Origin: Candidatus Latescibacterota bacterium
GTDB taxonomy: Bacteria > Latescibacterota > UBA2968 > UBA8231
Reading direction: 5' to 3'
Assembly (NCBI GenBank): GCA_965261395.1
Contig: OZ253462.1
Coordinates: 800,001 to 864,000 of the forward strand
DNA length: 64,000 nucleotides
In this document: positions 18,377 through 28,249 of the stretch, piece by piece
How positions within the stretch are numbered: position 1 is the first letter of the stretch
Layout: each line of letters begins with the position of its first letter
Position numbers and translations under genes: made by a program
The notes under the pieces: model-generated
The model's input: only the letters and a program-made list of their open reading frames with translations
Databases searched by the model: none
What the model was told of the DNA's origin: nothing

Positions 18377-19510
18377 TTGAAGATCACCGGTGTCAAGACC
18401 GCCGAAGTGCGCATAAAAGCCAACGGCCAACCCCGCTATCTCTACTATTACGTCCGCATCCATACCGACGAGGGCATCTACGGCACTGGCGAGGCCAGCC
18501 ACGTCAATGGCGGCTGGCGCGGCTCCACCCAGTCCATGGCCGCCCAGCTCATCGGCAAGGACCCACGCGATGTCGATGCGCTCTTTGAAGGCATTCGCCG
18601 CAGCTACATCTTCCGCGGCGGTATGTCGGGCTTGGCGATTTCGGCGCTGACCGGCATTGAGGTCGCGCTTTGGGATTTGGCTGGCAAGGCCCAAGGCGTA
18701 CCCGTTTACCGGCTCTTGGGCGGCAAGTTCCGCGACCGGGTGCGCCTCTACGTCGATAGTGCCCATTCGGACTACAAACAGCGCGCCGAGGATGCGCGCG
18801 CCAAAGGCTTCACCGCGATAAAGTTCGATCTCGACGACGCGGGCCATCCCGAAAAGCTCGATCCTTGGAATTGGTCGGTGACTCCTGCCGAGTTGGAGGA
18901 TCTAGTCGCCCAAGCGCACCAGATCCGCGAGGCCGTCGGCCCCCACATGGACCTAGCCATTGACTTGCACGGTCGCTACGACGCCACCGCCGGGATGAAG
19001 TTCGCCCACGCGCTCGAGGGCCTGAATCTGCTGTGGCTCGAAGAGCCGGTACCGCCCGAGAATATCGACGCCCTCAAGCGCATCACCGACTCGACCCGCA
19101 CCCCGATCTGCGCCGGCGAGAACGCCTATCTGCGCTACGGCTTCCGCGACATGCTCGAACAGCAGGCGGTCGATATCATCATGCCCGACATTTCCAAGTG
19201 CGGCGGCCTATCCGAGTGTCGCAAGATCGCCAACATGGCCGAGACCTACTACATCCCCTTTGCTCCGCACAACAACTCCAGCGCCTTGAGCACTGTGGGC
19301 GACGCCCACGTCTGCGCCAGTGTGCCCAATTTTCTCGCCTTGGAGTTCCATCGCTACGACGACCCGACCTGGAACGACGTGGTGCTATCCGATGAGCCGG
19401 TGATTCAGGAAGGACACGTGGCCCTGAGCGAGAAGCCAGGGCTAGGGGTAGAACTGAACGAGGCGTTTCTACAGAGTATGCTGGAGGACGGGGAGCCGCT
19501 CTGGCAGTAG
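18377..19510 (+). CDS. Mandelate racemase/muconate lactonizing enzyme family (acid-sugar dehydratase-like)
   Basis: ALWDLAGK, KFD, WLEEP, GE, PD and PGLGVELN motifs. Confidence 0.93.
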   Translation: MKITGVKTAEVRIKANGQPRYLYYYVRIHTDEGIYGTGEASHVNGGWRGSTQSMAAQLIGKDPRDVDALFEGIRRSYIFRGGMSGLAISALTGIEVALWDLAGKAQGVPVYRLLGGKFRDRVRLYVDSAHSDYKQRAEDARAKGFTAIKFDLDDAGHPEKLDPWNWSVTPAELEDLVAQAHQIREAVGPHMDLAIDLHGRYDATAGMKFAHALEGLNLLWLEEPVPPENIDALKRITDSTRTPICAGENAYLRYGFRDMLEQQAVDIIMPDISKCGGLSECRKIANMAETYYIPFAPHNNSSALSTVGDAHVCASVPNFLALEFHRYDDPTWNDVVLSDEPVIQEGHVALSEKPGLGVELNEAFLQSMLEDGEPLWQ

Positions 19511-19552
19511 CACCAGCGCAGGAATAAATCTGAGATAGGTTCTATAGCAGAG

Positions 19553-19620
19553 TTGAACGATTCGAGATGCGGATCATCTTGTGCATGCTATTCTGCGTCC
19601 ATCTGCGTCCATCTGCGGAT
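19553..19620 (+). repeat. Dispersed 68-bp intergenic repeat, copy 1, ending in ATCTGCGTCC units
   Basis: 65/68 identical to 48928-48995. Confidence 0.9.
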
Positions 19621-19640
19621 CATCAATTAGGAAACCCACC

Positions 19641-20039
19641 ATGACCCAACGCAAAGCATACAACCCCGCCTGGCCTTGGACCGAGAATTTCCGCATCTCA
19701 CAGGCTGTGCAGGTGGGCGATACGATCTATGTCTCCGGCCAAGGGCCGCTCGACCCGGAGGGGCAACTCGTCGGCGACGGCGACATGACCGCGCAGTCGC
19801 GCCAAGTCTTTGCCAATATCCGCGCCGTGCTCGCCGAAGCCGGTGCGACCATGGACGACGTGGTCAAGATCACCTCGTTTATCACCGACACGGGCCGCTA
19901 CGCCGAATATGCGGCCGCCCGCGCCGAAGCCTTTCCCAACCATGTCCCCGCCAGCTCTACCGTGACGGTCGCCGATCTAGTCCTGCCCGGAATGCTCGTC
20001 GAGGTCGAGGCTATAGCCGTGCCCGGCAGCGGTAGCTAG
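19641..20039 (+). CDS. RidA (YjgF/UK114) family protein
   Basis: SQAV, IYVSGQ, DVVK, PASS and LVEVEAIA motifs. Confidence 0.92.
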   Translation: MTQRKAYNPAWPWTENFRISQAVQVGDTIYVSGQGPLDPEGQLVGDGDMTAQSRQVFANIRAVLAEAGATMDDVVKITSFITDTGRYAEYAAARAEAFPNHVPASSTVTVADLVLPGMLVEVEAIAVPGSGS

Positions 20040-21764
20040 CTACCTCGGCTCCCGATAGACATCCGGCCCGGAGCCGCCGACCAAGATGTCCAAGTCAACG
20101 CCCTTGTCGGCTTGGAGCACGTGCCGGACGTAGAGACCGGCATAACCCCGCGTGACGATCGGCGCGGGCGGCGTCCACGCTTGCCGCCTTCTTTGTAACT
20201 CCTCATCGGGCACGGCCATATTCAACGACCGCTTCTCCACGTCTAGCTCAATCAGGTCGCCTTCCTGCACCAAGGCCAGCGGACCGCCCACGGCGGCTTC
20301 GGGCGCGATGTGCAGAATCACCGTCCCGTAGGCCGTGCCGCTCATCCGCCCGTCCGAGATGCAAACCATATCGCGCACGCCCTGCTGCAACAGCTTCTTG
20401 GGCAATCCTAACTTCCCGGCCTCGGGCATACCGGGGAAACCTTTGGGGCCGATGCCCTTTAAGACCAGCACGCTGTCTTTATCGACGTCGAGATTGGGGT
20501 CGTCAATCCGCTCCCTATAGTCTTCTATACTCTCAAACACTACGGCTCTTCCTCGGTGCTGCATCAGTTCGGGTGAGGCGGCCGACGGCTTGATAATCGC
20601 CCCATCCGGGCAGAGGTTACCCCGGAGCACGGCGATCCCGGCCGCCTCCTTGAGCGGCTTGTCAATCGCGGCGATGACCTCTCGGTTGTAGCATTGGGCA
20701 CCCGAGGTGTTTTCGCCGAGCGATTTGCCCGTCACCGTCAAGGTATCCATGTGCAGATGTTCCTTCATCTCTTGAATTACGACGGGCAAGCCCCCGGCGT
20801 AGAAGAAATCCTCCATCAGGTATTCGCCCGAGGGCATTAGATTGACCAAGTGCGGCATGCGGCTGCCCAAGCGGTCGAAGTCGTCCAAATCCAATTCGAC
20901 GCCGAGCCGTCCGGCAATGGCCAACAGATGCACCACGAAGTTGGTCGAGCCGCCCAGTGCGGCGTTGACCTTGATGGCGTTTTCTATGGCTAGCCGCGTC
21001 ACAATGCGCGACATGCGCAAGTCTTCGCGCACCATCTCGACGATGCGATTGCCCGCCAGATGCCCCAAGCGCTTGCGCCGCGCATCTGGTGCCGGAATCG
21101 CCGCGCCGCTCGGCAGCGTCAGCCCGAGGGTCTCGACCATGCAGGCCATCGTCGAGGCCGTGCCCATGGTCATGCAGTGGCCGTCTGAGCGCGAAATCCC
21201 GGCCTCGGCCTCCAGATAATCCAAGCGCGAGATACTCCCGGCCCGCAGCTCGGTCGTAAAGCGATAGACATCCGTGCCGGAGCCGATATTCTGATTGCGG
21301 AACTTGCCGTTGAGCATCGGCCCGCCCGTCACCGCGATGGTCGGCAAGTCCACGCTCGCCGCTCCCATCAGACAGGCTGGCGTCGTCTTATCGCAGCCGG
21401 TCAACAGCACCACCCCGTCGAGCGGGTTGGCGCGGATACTTTCCTCCACGTCCATGCTCGCCAAGTTGCGGTAGAGCATGGTCGTCGGCTTCATCAGCGT
21501 CTCGCCGAGCGAGGTAACCGGAAATTCGAGCGGAAAGCCTCCAGCTTCGTACACTCCGCGCTTGACTTGCTCGGCCAAGATCCGCAGATGCGCGTTGCAA
21601 GGATTCAAATCCGACCACGTGTTGCAGATCCCGATCACGGGCCGGCCATCGAACATCTGCTCGGGATGGCCTTGGTTTTTGGTCCAGCCTCGGGACACAA
21701 ATCCTTGATGCCACTCGTCGCCAAACCAAGCGGCGCTGCGCAGCGTCTTTTCGTCGCCTGTCAT
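20040..21764 (-). CDS. IlvD/Edd family dehydratase (L-arabinonate/sugar-acid dehydratase-like)
   Basis: PCNAHL, GCDKTTPA, GHCMTMGTASTM and SDGRMSGT motifs. Confidence 0.93.
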   Translation of the reverse strand: MTGDEKTLRSAAWFGDEWHQGFVSRGWTKNQGHPEQMFDGRPVIGICNTWSDLNPCNAHLRILAEQVKRGVYEAGGFPLEFPVTSLGETLMKPTTMLYRNLASMDVEESIRANPLDGVVLLTGCDKTTPACLMGAASVDLPTIAVTGGPMLNGKFRNQNIGSGTDVYRFTTELRAGSISRLDYLEAEAGISRSDGHCMTMGTASTMACMVETLGLTLPSGAAIPAPDARRKRLGHLAGNRIVEMVREDLRMSRIVTRLAIENAIKVNAALGGSTNFVVHLLAIAGRLGVELDLDDFDRLGSRMPHLVNLMPSGEYLMEDFFYAGGLPVVIQEMKEHLHMDTLTVTGKSLGENTSGAQCYNREVIAAIDKPLKEAAGIAVLRGNLCPDGAIIKPSAASPELMQHRGRAVVFESIEDYRERIDDPNLDVDKDSVLVLKGIGPKGFPGMPEAGKLGLPKKLLQQGVRDMVCISDGRMSGTAYGTVILHIAPEAAVGGPLALVQEGDLIELDVEKRSLNMAVPDEELQRRRQAWTPPAPIVTRGYAGLYVRHVLQADKGVDLDILVGGSGPDVYREPR

Positions 21765-21765
21765 G

Positions 21766-22647
21766 CTACGCCGGCATCTCTCGCTGCGTGTGCGCTCGCC
21801 CCGCCCGGGCCGTTTCCTCATTCCCCCCAGAGAACACTCGTCCCCCAGCGTCAATTTTCGCTGCGACCGTTTCGGGTGCGGCCCCGTCCAAAAAGGCCAC
21901 GCCGTTTTGCCGACACGCCGCCTTGACCCGCTCGTGCGTCTCCTGCATCTGCTCGGGCCACGGCTGCGGCATCGTCCGATACCCCAGCGAAAGGCTCAAG
22001 TCGCCCGGGCCCATCTCGGCAAAGCCGATCCCCGGTACGGACAGGATTTCCTCAATGTGGGGCAGGGCCGCCACCGACTCGATCTTCAGCCCTAACAGCA
22101 ACTCGCCTTGCGGGTTGAGCGGCCAAGGATCGGCCTTGGTTAGATACTCGTCGCGGTTCACTCCCCACACGCCCCCACACACCCCCTCTGAGCCAACGCC
22201 GCGCGTGCCCCGGCCCAAGTCGGCACCGACGCCGATGGTGTTGATTGGATAGCGGCACGACTCGACAAAGGCCCGGACGGCCGCGGCCGATTCGGCTTGG
22301 CAAAGCAGAATTCCGTGCGCGCCCCGGCCCAATATCTGCCGAAACTGCCAAGCGTTGTAGCGCACGATCTCCTCCGACCTTCCTTCGACCGGGGTCTCGA
22401 CGATCACCGTCGGCGTCCGATGCCCGCTGCGCGTCGGTCCGCCGGCGATCAGGCCGCGCAAGTACTCGTCCAGCCCGGCCATATCGAACGAACCGTGTTC
22501 CATGCCGACATTGATGTAGTCGGCCCAAGTTCCGGCGTCCTCTTTGCCCTGCTCGTAGGTCAGCACGTGTCCGGCGTGGGCACCTGTGTAGTAGATTGGC
22601 TGACCCTCGGCGAGGAGTTCGACAGCGCGGTTGATTTTCTTACTCAT
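21766..22647 (-). CDS. Aldolase/citrate lyase (HpcH-like) family protein
   Basis: GMEHG, LKIES and GPGDLSLSLG motifs. Confidence 0.85.
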   Translation of the reverse strand: MSKKINRAVELLAEGQPIYYTGAHAGHVLTYEQGKEDAGTWADYINVGMEHGSFDMAGLDEYLRGLIAGGPTRSGHRTPTVIVETPVEGRSEEIVRYNAWQFRQILGRGAHGILLCQAESAAAVRAFVESCRYPINTIGVGADLGRGTRGVGSEGVCGGVWGVNRDEYLTKADPWPLNPQGELLLGLKIESVAALPHIEEILSVPGIGFAEMGPGDLSLSLGYRTMPQPWPEQMQETHERVKAACRQNGVAFLDGAAPETVAAKIDAGGRVFSGGNEETARAGRAHTQREMPA

Positions 22648-22672
22648 CCAATTGCTCCTTAAGTGATCTGTG

Positions 22673-23533
22673 TTAATTCCACGAGTCCGCCCCCAAGAGC
22701 TTCCGCCCTAGGGAGGTCAACTCGGCAGGCTGCTGATGCTGGTGTTCCCAATCCCGCTCATCGCCGGGCCAGCCAGACGTCGGCCGCCGCTCCTGCCAAG
22801 CAGCAACCCGCTCCTGGCATGCGGCCTCTCCGTTGGCGGGTGCTGGCGACATGGTGATGTACTGCGCCAATCGCGGCCGATCGGCCCGATTGTGACCGTT
22901 GCCGTGGGCCAACAACCGATGCCAGATCAGCAGGTCTCCAGCTTGGCCCGCAATCGACTTGACCGTTAGCCCTGTCAGATCGGGCCGGCGCGTGTCGCGA
23001 TCTGCTGGCTGAGTTTTGACCCATTCGTCGAATATCCGGTGAAAGCCGGGGACGCACTGGAAACCGCCTTGGTCCTCCGTCGTATCCGTCAAATACAGCA
23101 CCCCTTGCACCCCAAAGGACACCGGCTGCTGTGTCGTATCGACATCCCAGTGAATCATCCCCTTGTTGCACCACTCGGGCCGATCTTCGCGCGCCGGCGG
23201 TTTCATATTGGCCCGGTCCAGCGAGACCCACAATTTTTCGTCGCCCCAGATCTCGGCAAAAGCCTGATGCACCTTGGGGTACTGCCGATTGTCCCACAAA
23301 GCTTGGTGCTGGTAGATTTCGACCATCCCCGCCGCTGAAATCGGCGAACACAGATTGTCGCGGGTATAGGGCTGGTACTTGTACCATTCCTCTGCGCGTT
23401 CTGGATCCATCTCCAGAAATTCCCAGACGGTCGTCACCATCGCGTCCAAATTTTCCTCGGGCACGGCGTTGTGGACGACCACATAGCCATTTTCCTCCCA
23501 GAAGGCCCGATCTTCTTTGCTCAATACTGGCAT
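22673..23533 (-). CDS. PhyH-like Fe/2OG dioxygenase
   Basis: FWEENGY, IHWD, GGFQCVPGFH and LAHG motifs. Confidence 0.92.
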   Translation of the reverse strand: MPVLSKEDRAFWEENGYVVVHNAVPEENLDAMVTTVWEFLEMDPERAEEWYKYQPYTRDNLCSPISAAGMVEIYQHQALWDNRQYPKVHQAFAEIWGDEKLWVSLDRANMKPPAREDRPEWCNKGMIHWDVDTTQQPVSFGVQGVLYLTDTTEDQGGFQCVPGFHRIFDEWVKTQPADRDTRRPDLTGLTVKSIAGQAGDLLIWHRLLAHGNGHNRADRPRLAQYITMSPAPANGEAACQERVAAWQERRPTSGWPGDERDWEHQHQQPAELTSLGRKLLGADSWN

Positions 23534-23570
23534 ATTCTCTCCTCTAAGTCGCCCTGCGTTTATGCCTAGC

Positions 23571-24584
23571 TTATCCATACACCATCTGTATCAATGCCCG
23601 AATATACCCAATGGCATACGCCTTCCCGTACAACGACCCGTACCCATGTGGAAAAGACGGCGTGTGGTCCATCATATACGGCCCATTAAACCCATTATCG
23701 CGATATACTTCCATCGCGCGCCGCATATCCACTTCCCCCTCATCCAAGAACACCTCGGTAAATCGCGGCAACTGCCCGCGTACATTGCGGAAATGCACCC
23801 ATGCGATTTTGTCCTTTGCAGCCATCTCGGCGATTGCGTCGTAGATCTTTTCCGGCCCTAGCAACTCGGTCATGCACCCCTGGCAAAAGAGCATGCAATT
23901 GCTGTCGCTTGGCGCGATCTTGAAGAAGATCCTGCGGAACTGCTCCATGGTCGAACAAATCTGCGCCACGCCCCCTAGCGGCTCGGGAATCGGCGGGTCG
24001 TCCGGGTGCAGGGCCATCCGCACCCCCGCCTTTTCGGCCGCGGGGATCGCCGCCGCTAGAAATCGCTCCATCCGCGCCCACATCTGCGCTTCGTCCACTG
24101 GAGGCTCGTGTGGTTCGGGCCGGTTTTTAGCAAAAACTGCGTAGTCGAACGTACTGTATTTCACGCCGCCTCTACCCGTATCCGCAGGGGTGCGAAAATT
24201 GCCCATGGGTTTGAAATTCCAGCCCACGCAGGGAATACCGGCTTGGCCCACGCTCTCCAGCATCTTGCACCAGTGGCCGATCTTCTCGTCCATGTCCTCC
24301 TCGGCCAAGGTGATCTCCTCCCAAGCAGGCATGAAGATATTGTTCAGCTTCATGCCGTGCGCCTCAATCTTTTCCCGCGCCTGCGCCAACGTGTCGGTGC
24401 AGTCCTTGCCGGCCTTTAAATCCTGTGCCAGCGACGTATTCGCCGAGCCGGTACCGCTCCGACGCCCGGCGACGGGCGCTCCTCCACGCAACTCCAGATG
24501 GACTGAGTCCACCCCGATCGCGCGAAAAAAGCTCAGATGCTCGTCGTCGAGTTCGCCGATGGAAATTTGGTCTTGGATATACAT
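23571..24584 (-). CDS. Mannonate dehydratase (UxuA-like)
   Basis: ALHPDDPP, FCQG, VHFRNV, DH.P and YAIGYIRA motifs. Confidence 0.88.
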   Translation of the reverse strand: MYIQDQISIGELDDEHLSFFRAIGVDSVHLELRGGAPVAGRRSGTGSANTSLAQDLKAGKDCTDTLAQAREKIEAHGMKLNNIFMPAWEEITLAEEDMDEKIGHWCKMLESVGQAGIPCVGWNFKPMGNFRTPADTGRGGVKYSTFDYAVFAKNRPEPHEPPVDEAQMWARMERFLAAAIPAAEKAGVRMALHPDDPPIPEPLGGVAQICSTMEQFRRIFFKIAPSDSNCMLFCQGCMTELLGPEKIYDAIAEMAAKDKIAWVHFRNVRGQLPRFTEVFLDEGEVDMRRAMEVYRDNGFNGPYMMDHTPSFPHGYGSLYGKAYAIGYIRALIQMVYG

Positions 24585-24632
24585 CCGCCGCTTTCTTTGT
24601 TGACCGCAACCCTCCGCGTCAATACCTGTTTA

Positions 24633-25550
24633 TCATCCGGCGACCGGCCGATCCCGCTGATTTTGTCCGCCGTAGCGGAAGCCCGGCACGTTGTCGGCGC
24701 AGTAGGTTCCGCGGAAGAGGGTCTGCCGCATCGGTGGCATCTGCTCGACGAGTTCGGCCGGTGGCGACCACGAGCTCCAGCGCGAGCCAACGCTATTGTA
24801 GAGGTTGAAGATGCCCACCCGCTCGTTGTCGGCATTGGTCCACGGAGAGGTGCTGTGCGCCAGGGCCTCGGTAAAAAACAATACCGACCCAGCCGGGCAC
24901 TCGTATGTTTCCCACACCGCCGAATGCGGGTCCTGAATGGCGGCGGGCGAGGGGTATGCGGCCTTATGGCTCCCCGTGGCTAAGAGCGTGCCGCCCTGTC
25001 TCATTTTGACCGGTGCTAGCTCCCACACCACCCGCGTCAACCCGCTAAAGGACTTGCCGGGAATACTCTGGTAGTGATGCGAATCTACAGCAAAGCGAAA
25101 GAAGCCGCTGCCGTTGTGCGGTTTGAAAACGCCCTCCCGCTCGGGGGTCGCCGCTGGGTTGCGCAAGCCACTGCCCTCCATGCGAAACCCGTAGCACTCG
25201 GCGCTCGATAGCCCAGGAAACGCCAGAAACTCGTTGAGGAAGCCCACTACCACCGGATGATCGGTCAGCTTCTCCAGCGGCCCGGCCACAAAGGAACGCT
25301 CGTGTTCCGGCAGCGACTCCGGGTGCTGCTGCACGCGCAATGCGTACTCGCGCATGGCTTCAATCTCGTCGTCGGCCAATACCCCGGGCACCAAGAGCCA
25401 CCCGCGGACATCGAAGAGGTATTTCTGCTCGTCGGTCAGCTCGGCGACCGGTTCGCCATCGGCGTTTTTTTGCGGTAGGTCGCCTTCCTCCAACAGCAAC
25501 GGCTGCCCTAGATTCTTATCTACTACGTATGCTTCGCTCATCTTGTGCAT
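24633..25550 (-). CDS. PhyH-like Fe/2OG enzyme with an HxG motif
   Basis: KYLFDVRGW, PHNG, GGT...GSHK and EALAHS motifs. Confidence 0.85.
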   Translation of the reverse strand: MHKMSEAYVVDKNLGQPLLLEEGDLPQKNADGEPVAELTDEQKYLFDVRGWLLVPGVLADDEIEAMREYALRVQQHPESLPEHERSFVAGPLEKLTDHPVVVGFLNEFLAFPGLSSAECYGFRMEGSGLRNPAATPEREGVFKPHNGSGFFRFAVDSHHYQSIPGKSFSGLTRVVWELAPVKMRQGGTLLATGSHKAAYPSPAAIQDPHSAVWETYECPAGSVLFFTEALAHSTSPWTNADNERVGIFNLYNSVGSRWSSWSPPAELVEQMPPMRQTLFRGTYCADNVPGFRYGGQNQRDRPVAG

Positions 25551-25576
25551 CCTCCTTTTCGCGGTGCATCTAGGAC

Positions 25577-25882
25577 CTACTCGGCCTTGGGGAATGGGCC
25601 GGGCGGCGTCTTATTGGTTCCATCCACCTCGTATTCGTCCGCCGGAAACGCCGTGCATAAGAACTTGCGAAAGCGCTGTGCTCGCGCCTCGGGCGTATCG
25701 CCCATCGGATCCATGGGGTCGGCGTCCGTGCGTACGTTCTCTGGCTCGGGCGTGTACAGGATGTTCTTGATCACCCCGCGCATCTCTGCCGCTTGGTCGG
25801 CCGTCGCGACCCCAGGCACTGTGAAATAGCCCTTCTCTTCCCACGTTTGGACTTGGGCTTGGGTGGGTTGCCAGCTTTTCAT
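25577..25882 (-). pseudogene. PhyH-like dioxygenase with its catalytic core deleted in frame
   Basis: PhyH N-terminus (WEEKGYFTVPGV) joined to a short tail; no HxD or distal His; only 101 aa. Confidence 0.7.
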
Positions 25883-25894
25883 GCGTCCTCCATC

Positions 25895-27034
25895 TCAGTG
25901 CTCTTCAACTACCAGCGAGCTGAATTTATCCTCGTCCCACTCCGCGCCCCAACCCGGCCCATCCGGGGGCGCGATGTGCCCTTCTTCAATCAAGGGCGCG
26001 TTGAGCAAACCCCACCGCGCCCCGGTCTGCCGCAAGCTGTCGGCCGTTGCCCCGAAAAACTCGTAGAAATCCGTGTTGTCGATACAGCAGCCCAAGTGCG
26101 CGTGGACCAGCCCATCCAACGCCCCGCCGCCATTCAGTTCGATATTCGCGCCGTGCAGCTCGGCCAGATGCGCCAGCTTCAGCACCTGCGTCGTCCCGTG
26201 CCGGGCATTGCCCCGCAGGCGATCGGTCGCCCCTTGGATCAGCCATTGCGCCGTCAAGTCGATGTCGTGCATCAGCATCTCGGTGCCCATCACCGGAATG
26301 GTCAACGCTCGGCACAACTCCTGATATTGATTCATCTTCTGCTCGTGCATCGGCTCTTCCAACCACACAAAATCCAGTTCCTCCAGCACCCTCCCCACTT
26401 CAAGGGCCTCGCGCAAGTCATAGGAACACACTGGATCGGTGATCAACTCGTAATCCGGCCCCACGGCGTCCCGCACGGCCCTGTAAATGGGGATATCGGC
26501 CTTGCCTCCTTTATAGGTGTGAAACTTGTACGCCCCAATACCCATCCCCTTGCCGGTCTCTATGGCCCTGAGATAGCCCTCTATGTCCGTATCTCCGCCG
26601 GTCAGATACGCGGGTAGCCGCGGCCGCACGCGCCCCACCAACGCATAGACCGGTAGCCCCGCAGTCTTGCCCAAAATGTCCCACAGACAGTTGTCAAACG
26701 CCCCAAACCAACCCGGGGGCTGGTACACCCACCGAGTTCCCTTCCAAAACTGCTGAAACAACTCCTCGCGCTCCCAAGGGCTCCGCCCCACCGAGTGATA
26801 CCGCACGATGTCGGCCTGATAGGGAGTCATCGACGTATCGCTGCGGCCCACGATCCCCTCGTCCGTATGCACCTCCAAAAAGCTCTGCCGCACCGGGCGC
26901 AATTCCTGATCGGGTCTGCCCCTATGCGTGTACTGTGTCCTCCTCAGCCCCTCTACCCGCGCGATACTATGGCCGACGCTCCCCTTGCGGCTTGGGTCTT
27001 CCAACACCAGCAATTTCACCGCAGTGATTTTCAT
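25895..27034 (-). CDS. Enolase-superfamily (mandelate racemase-like) protein
   Basis: LWDILGK, KFH, WLEEP and PGWG motifs. Confidence 0.9.
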   Translation of the reverse strand: MKITAVKLLVLEDPSRKGSVGHSIARVEGLRRTQYTHRGRPDQELRPVRQSFLEVHTDEGIVGRSDTSMTPYQADIVRYHSVGRSPWEREELFQQFWKGTRWVYQPPGWFGAFDNCLWDILGKTAGLPVYALVGRVRPRLPAYLTGGDTDIEGYLRAIETGKGMGIGAYKFHTYKGGKADIPIYRAVRDAVGPDYELITDPVCSYDLREALEVGRVLEELDFVWLEEPMHEQKMNQYQELCRALTIPVMGTEMLMHDIDLTAQWLIQGATDRLRGNARHGTTQVLKLAHLAELHGANIELNGGGALDGLVHAHLGCCIDNTDFYEFFGATADSLRQTGARWGLLNAPLIEEGHIAPPDGPGWGAEWDEDKFSSLVVEEH

Positions 27035-27112
27035 GTTCGTCTCCTTTATCGGCGAATTTGAGTACCCTATATTTCATTTCCTCCCGACGACTGTCAACCT
27101 CAGAGACCTATT

Positions 27113-28249
27113 ATGAAAATCGCCGCTATTGAAACCTTCGACCTCACCTGCCCCCTTGAACGCCCCTTTGGCTGGTCCCAAGGCTGGATCGACCAGCGCA
27201 GCACCACGCTCGTCAAAGTCTCCACGGACGACGGCCTCGTCGGCTGGGGCGAAGGCGCGGCCGCCGGTCTCATCGACGGCTTGCTCGCCCCGCTGCTCAT
27301 CGGCCAAGACCCCATGGACCGCGCGGGGCTGTGGGAGCGCATGTTCCACGCCCTCTACAACGGCAATAACGCGGTCGGCCTAGCCGGCAGCGCCCTTTCC
27401 GCGCTCGACATTGCCCTTTGGGATCTCGCGGGCAAAGCCACCGGCCTCCCGGTCTGCGCCCTCCTCGGCGGCAAGGTCCGCGATAAAGTGGCCGTCTATG
27501 CCACCGGCCTCTACTATACCGAAGGCGAGTTTCCCGACCGCCTGCTCGACGAGGCGCGGGGCTATGTGGCCGCAGGCTTCAAGGGGATGAAGACCAAGGT
27601 CGGGGGGCTATCCATCGCCGAGGATGTTGCGCGCGTCAGGGCGCTACGCGAGGCCATCGGCCCGGACATTCATCTCATGGTCGATGCCAACGAAGCCTAC
27701 AACGCCACCACGGCGATTCGCCTTGGCCAGAAGCTGGCCGAGCTGGATCTGGTGTGGTTTGAAGAGCCGGTCAACGCCCAAGACTTGGACGCCTATTTGG
27801 AAATCAAAGCGGCGCTACCCATGGCCATTGCCGGCGGCGAAAACCTGCGCACTCGCTACGAATTCAAGCCCTATCTGACGCGCCGCGCCTACGACATTGT
27901 CCAGCCCGACATCATGCACTGCGGCGGCATCACCGAAATGCAGCGCATCTGCGCCATGGCCAATGCCTGCGGCATTCAGGTCAACCCCCACGTCTGGGGA
28001 TCGCCCGTTATGATCGCCGCCACTTTGCATCTAGCCGCCACCTTGCCGCCCTGCCCGCCAGCACGCAACGCCCAACCCTATATGCAGGAGCCGGTGATGG
28101 AATTCGACCGCACGCCGAGTGCCATCCGTCAAGAACTATGCGCGGTGCCGTTTGACCAAGAGGACAGCTTTGTGCTCGTGCCGACCGGGCCGGGATTGGG
28201 GATTGAGGTGGATGAAGAGGTGGTCGGGAATTTGCGGGCCTCTCGGTGA
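27113..28249 (+). CDS. Mandelate racemase family, D-galactarolactone cycloisomerase-like
   Basis: YATGLY, KTKVG, MVDAN, WFEEP, GGE, QPD, PHVWG and EFD motifs. Confidence 0.9.
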   Translation: MKIAAIETFDLTCPLERPFGWSQGWIDQRSTTLVKVSTDDGLVGWGEGAAAGLIDGLLAPLLIGQDPMDRAGLWERMFHALYNGNNAVGLAGSALSALDIALWDLAGKATGLPVCALLGGKVRDKVAVYATGLYYTEGEFPDRLLDEARGYVAAGFKGMKTKVGGLSIAEDVARVRALREAIGPDIHLMVDANEAYNATTAIRLGQKLAELDLVWFEEPVNAQDLDAYLEIKAALPMAIAGGENLRTRYEFKPYLTRRAYDIVQPDIMHCGGITEMQRICAMANACGIQVNPHVWGSPVMIAATLHLAATLPPCPPARNAQPYMQEPVMEFDRTPSAIRQELCAVPFDQEDSFVLVPTGPGLGIEVDEEVVGNLRASR

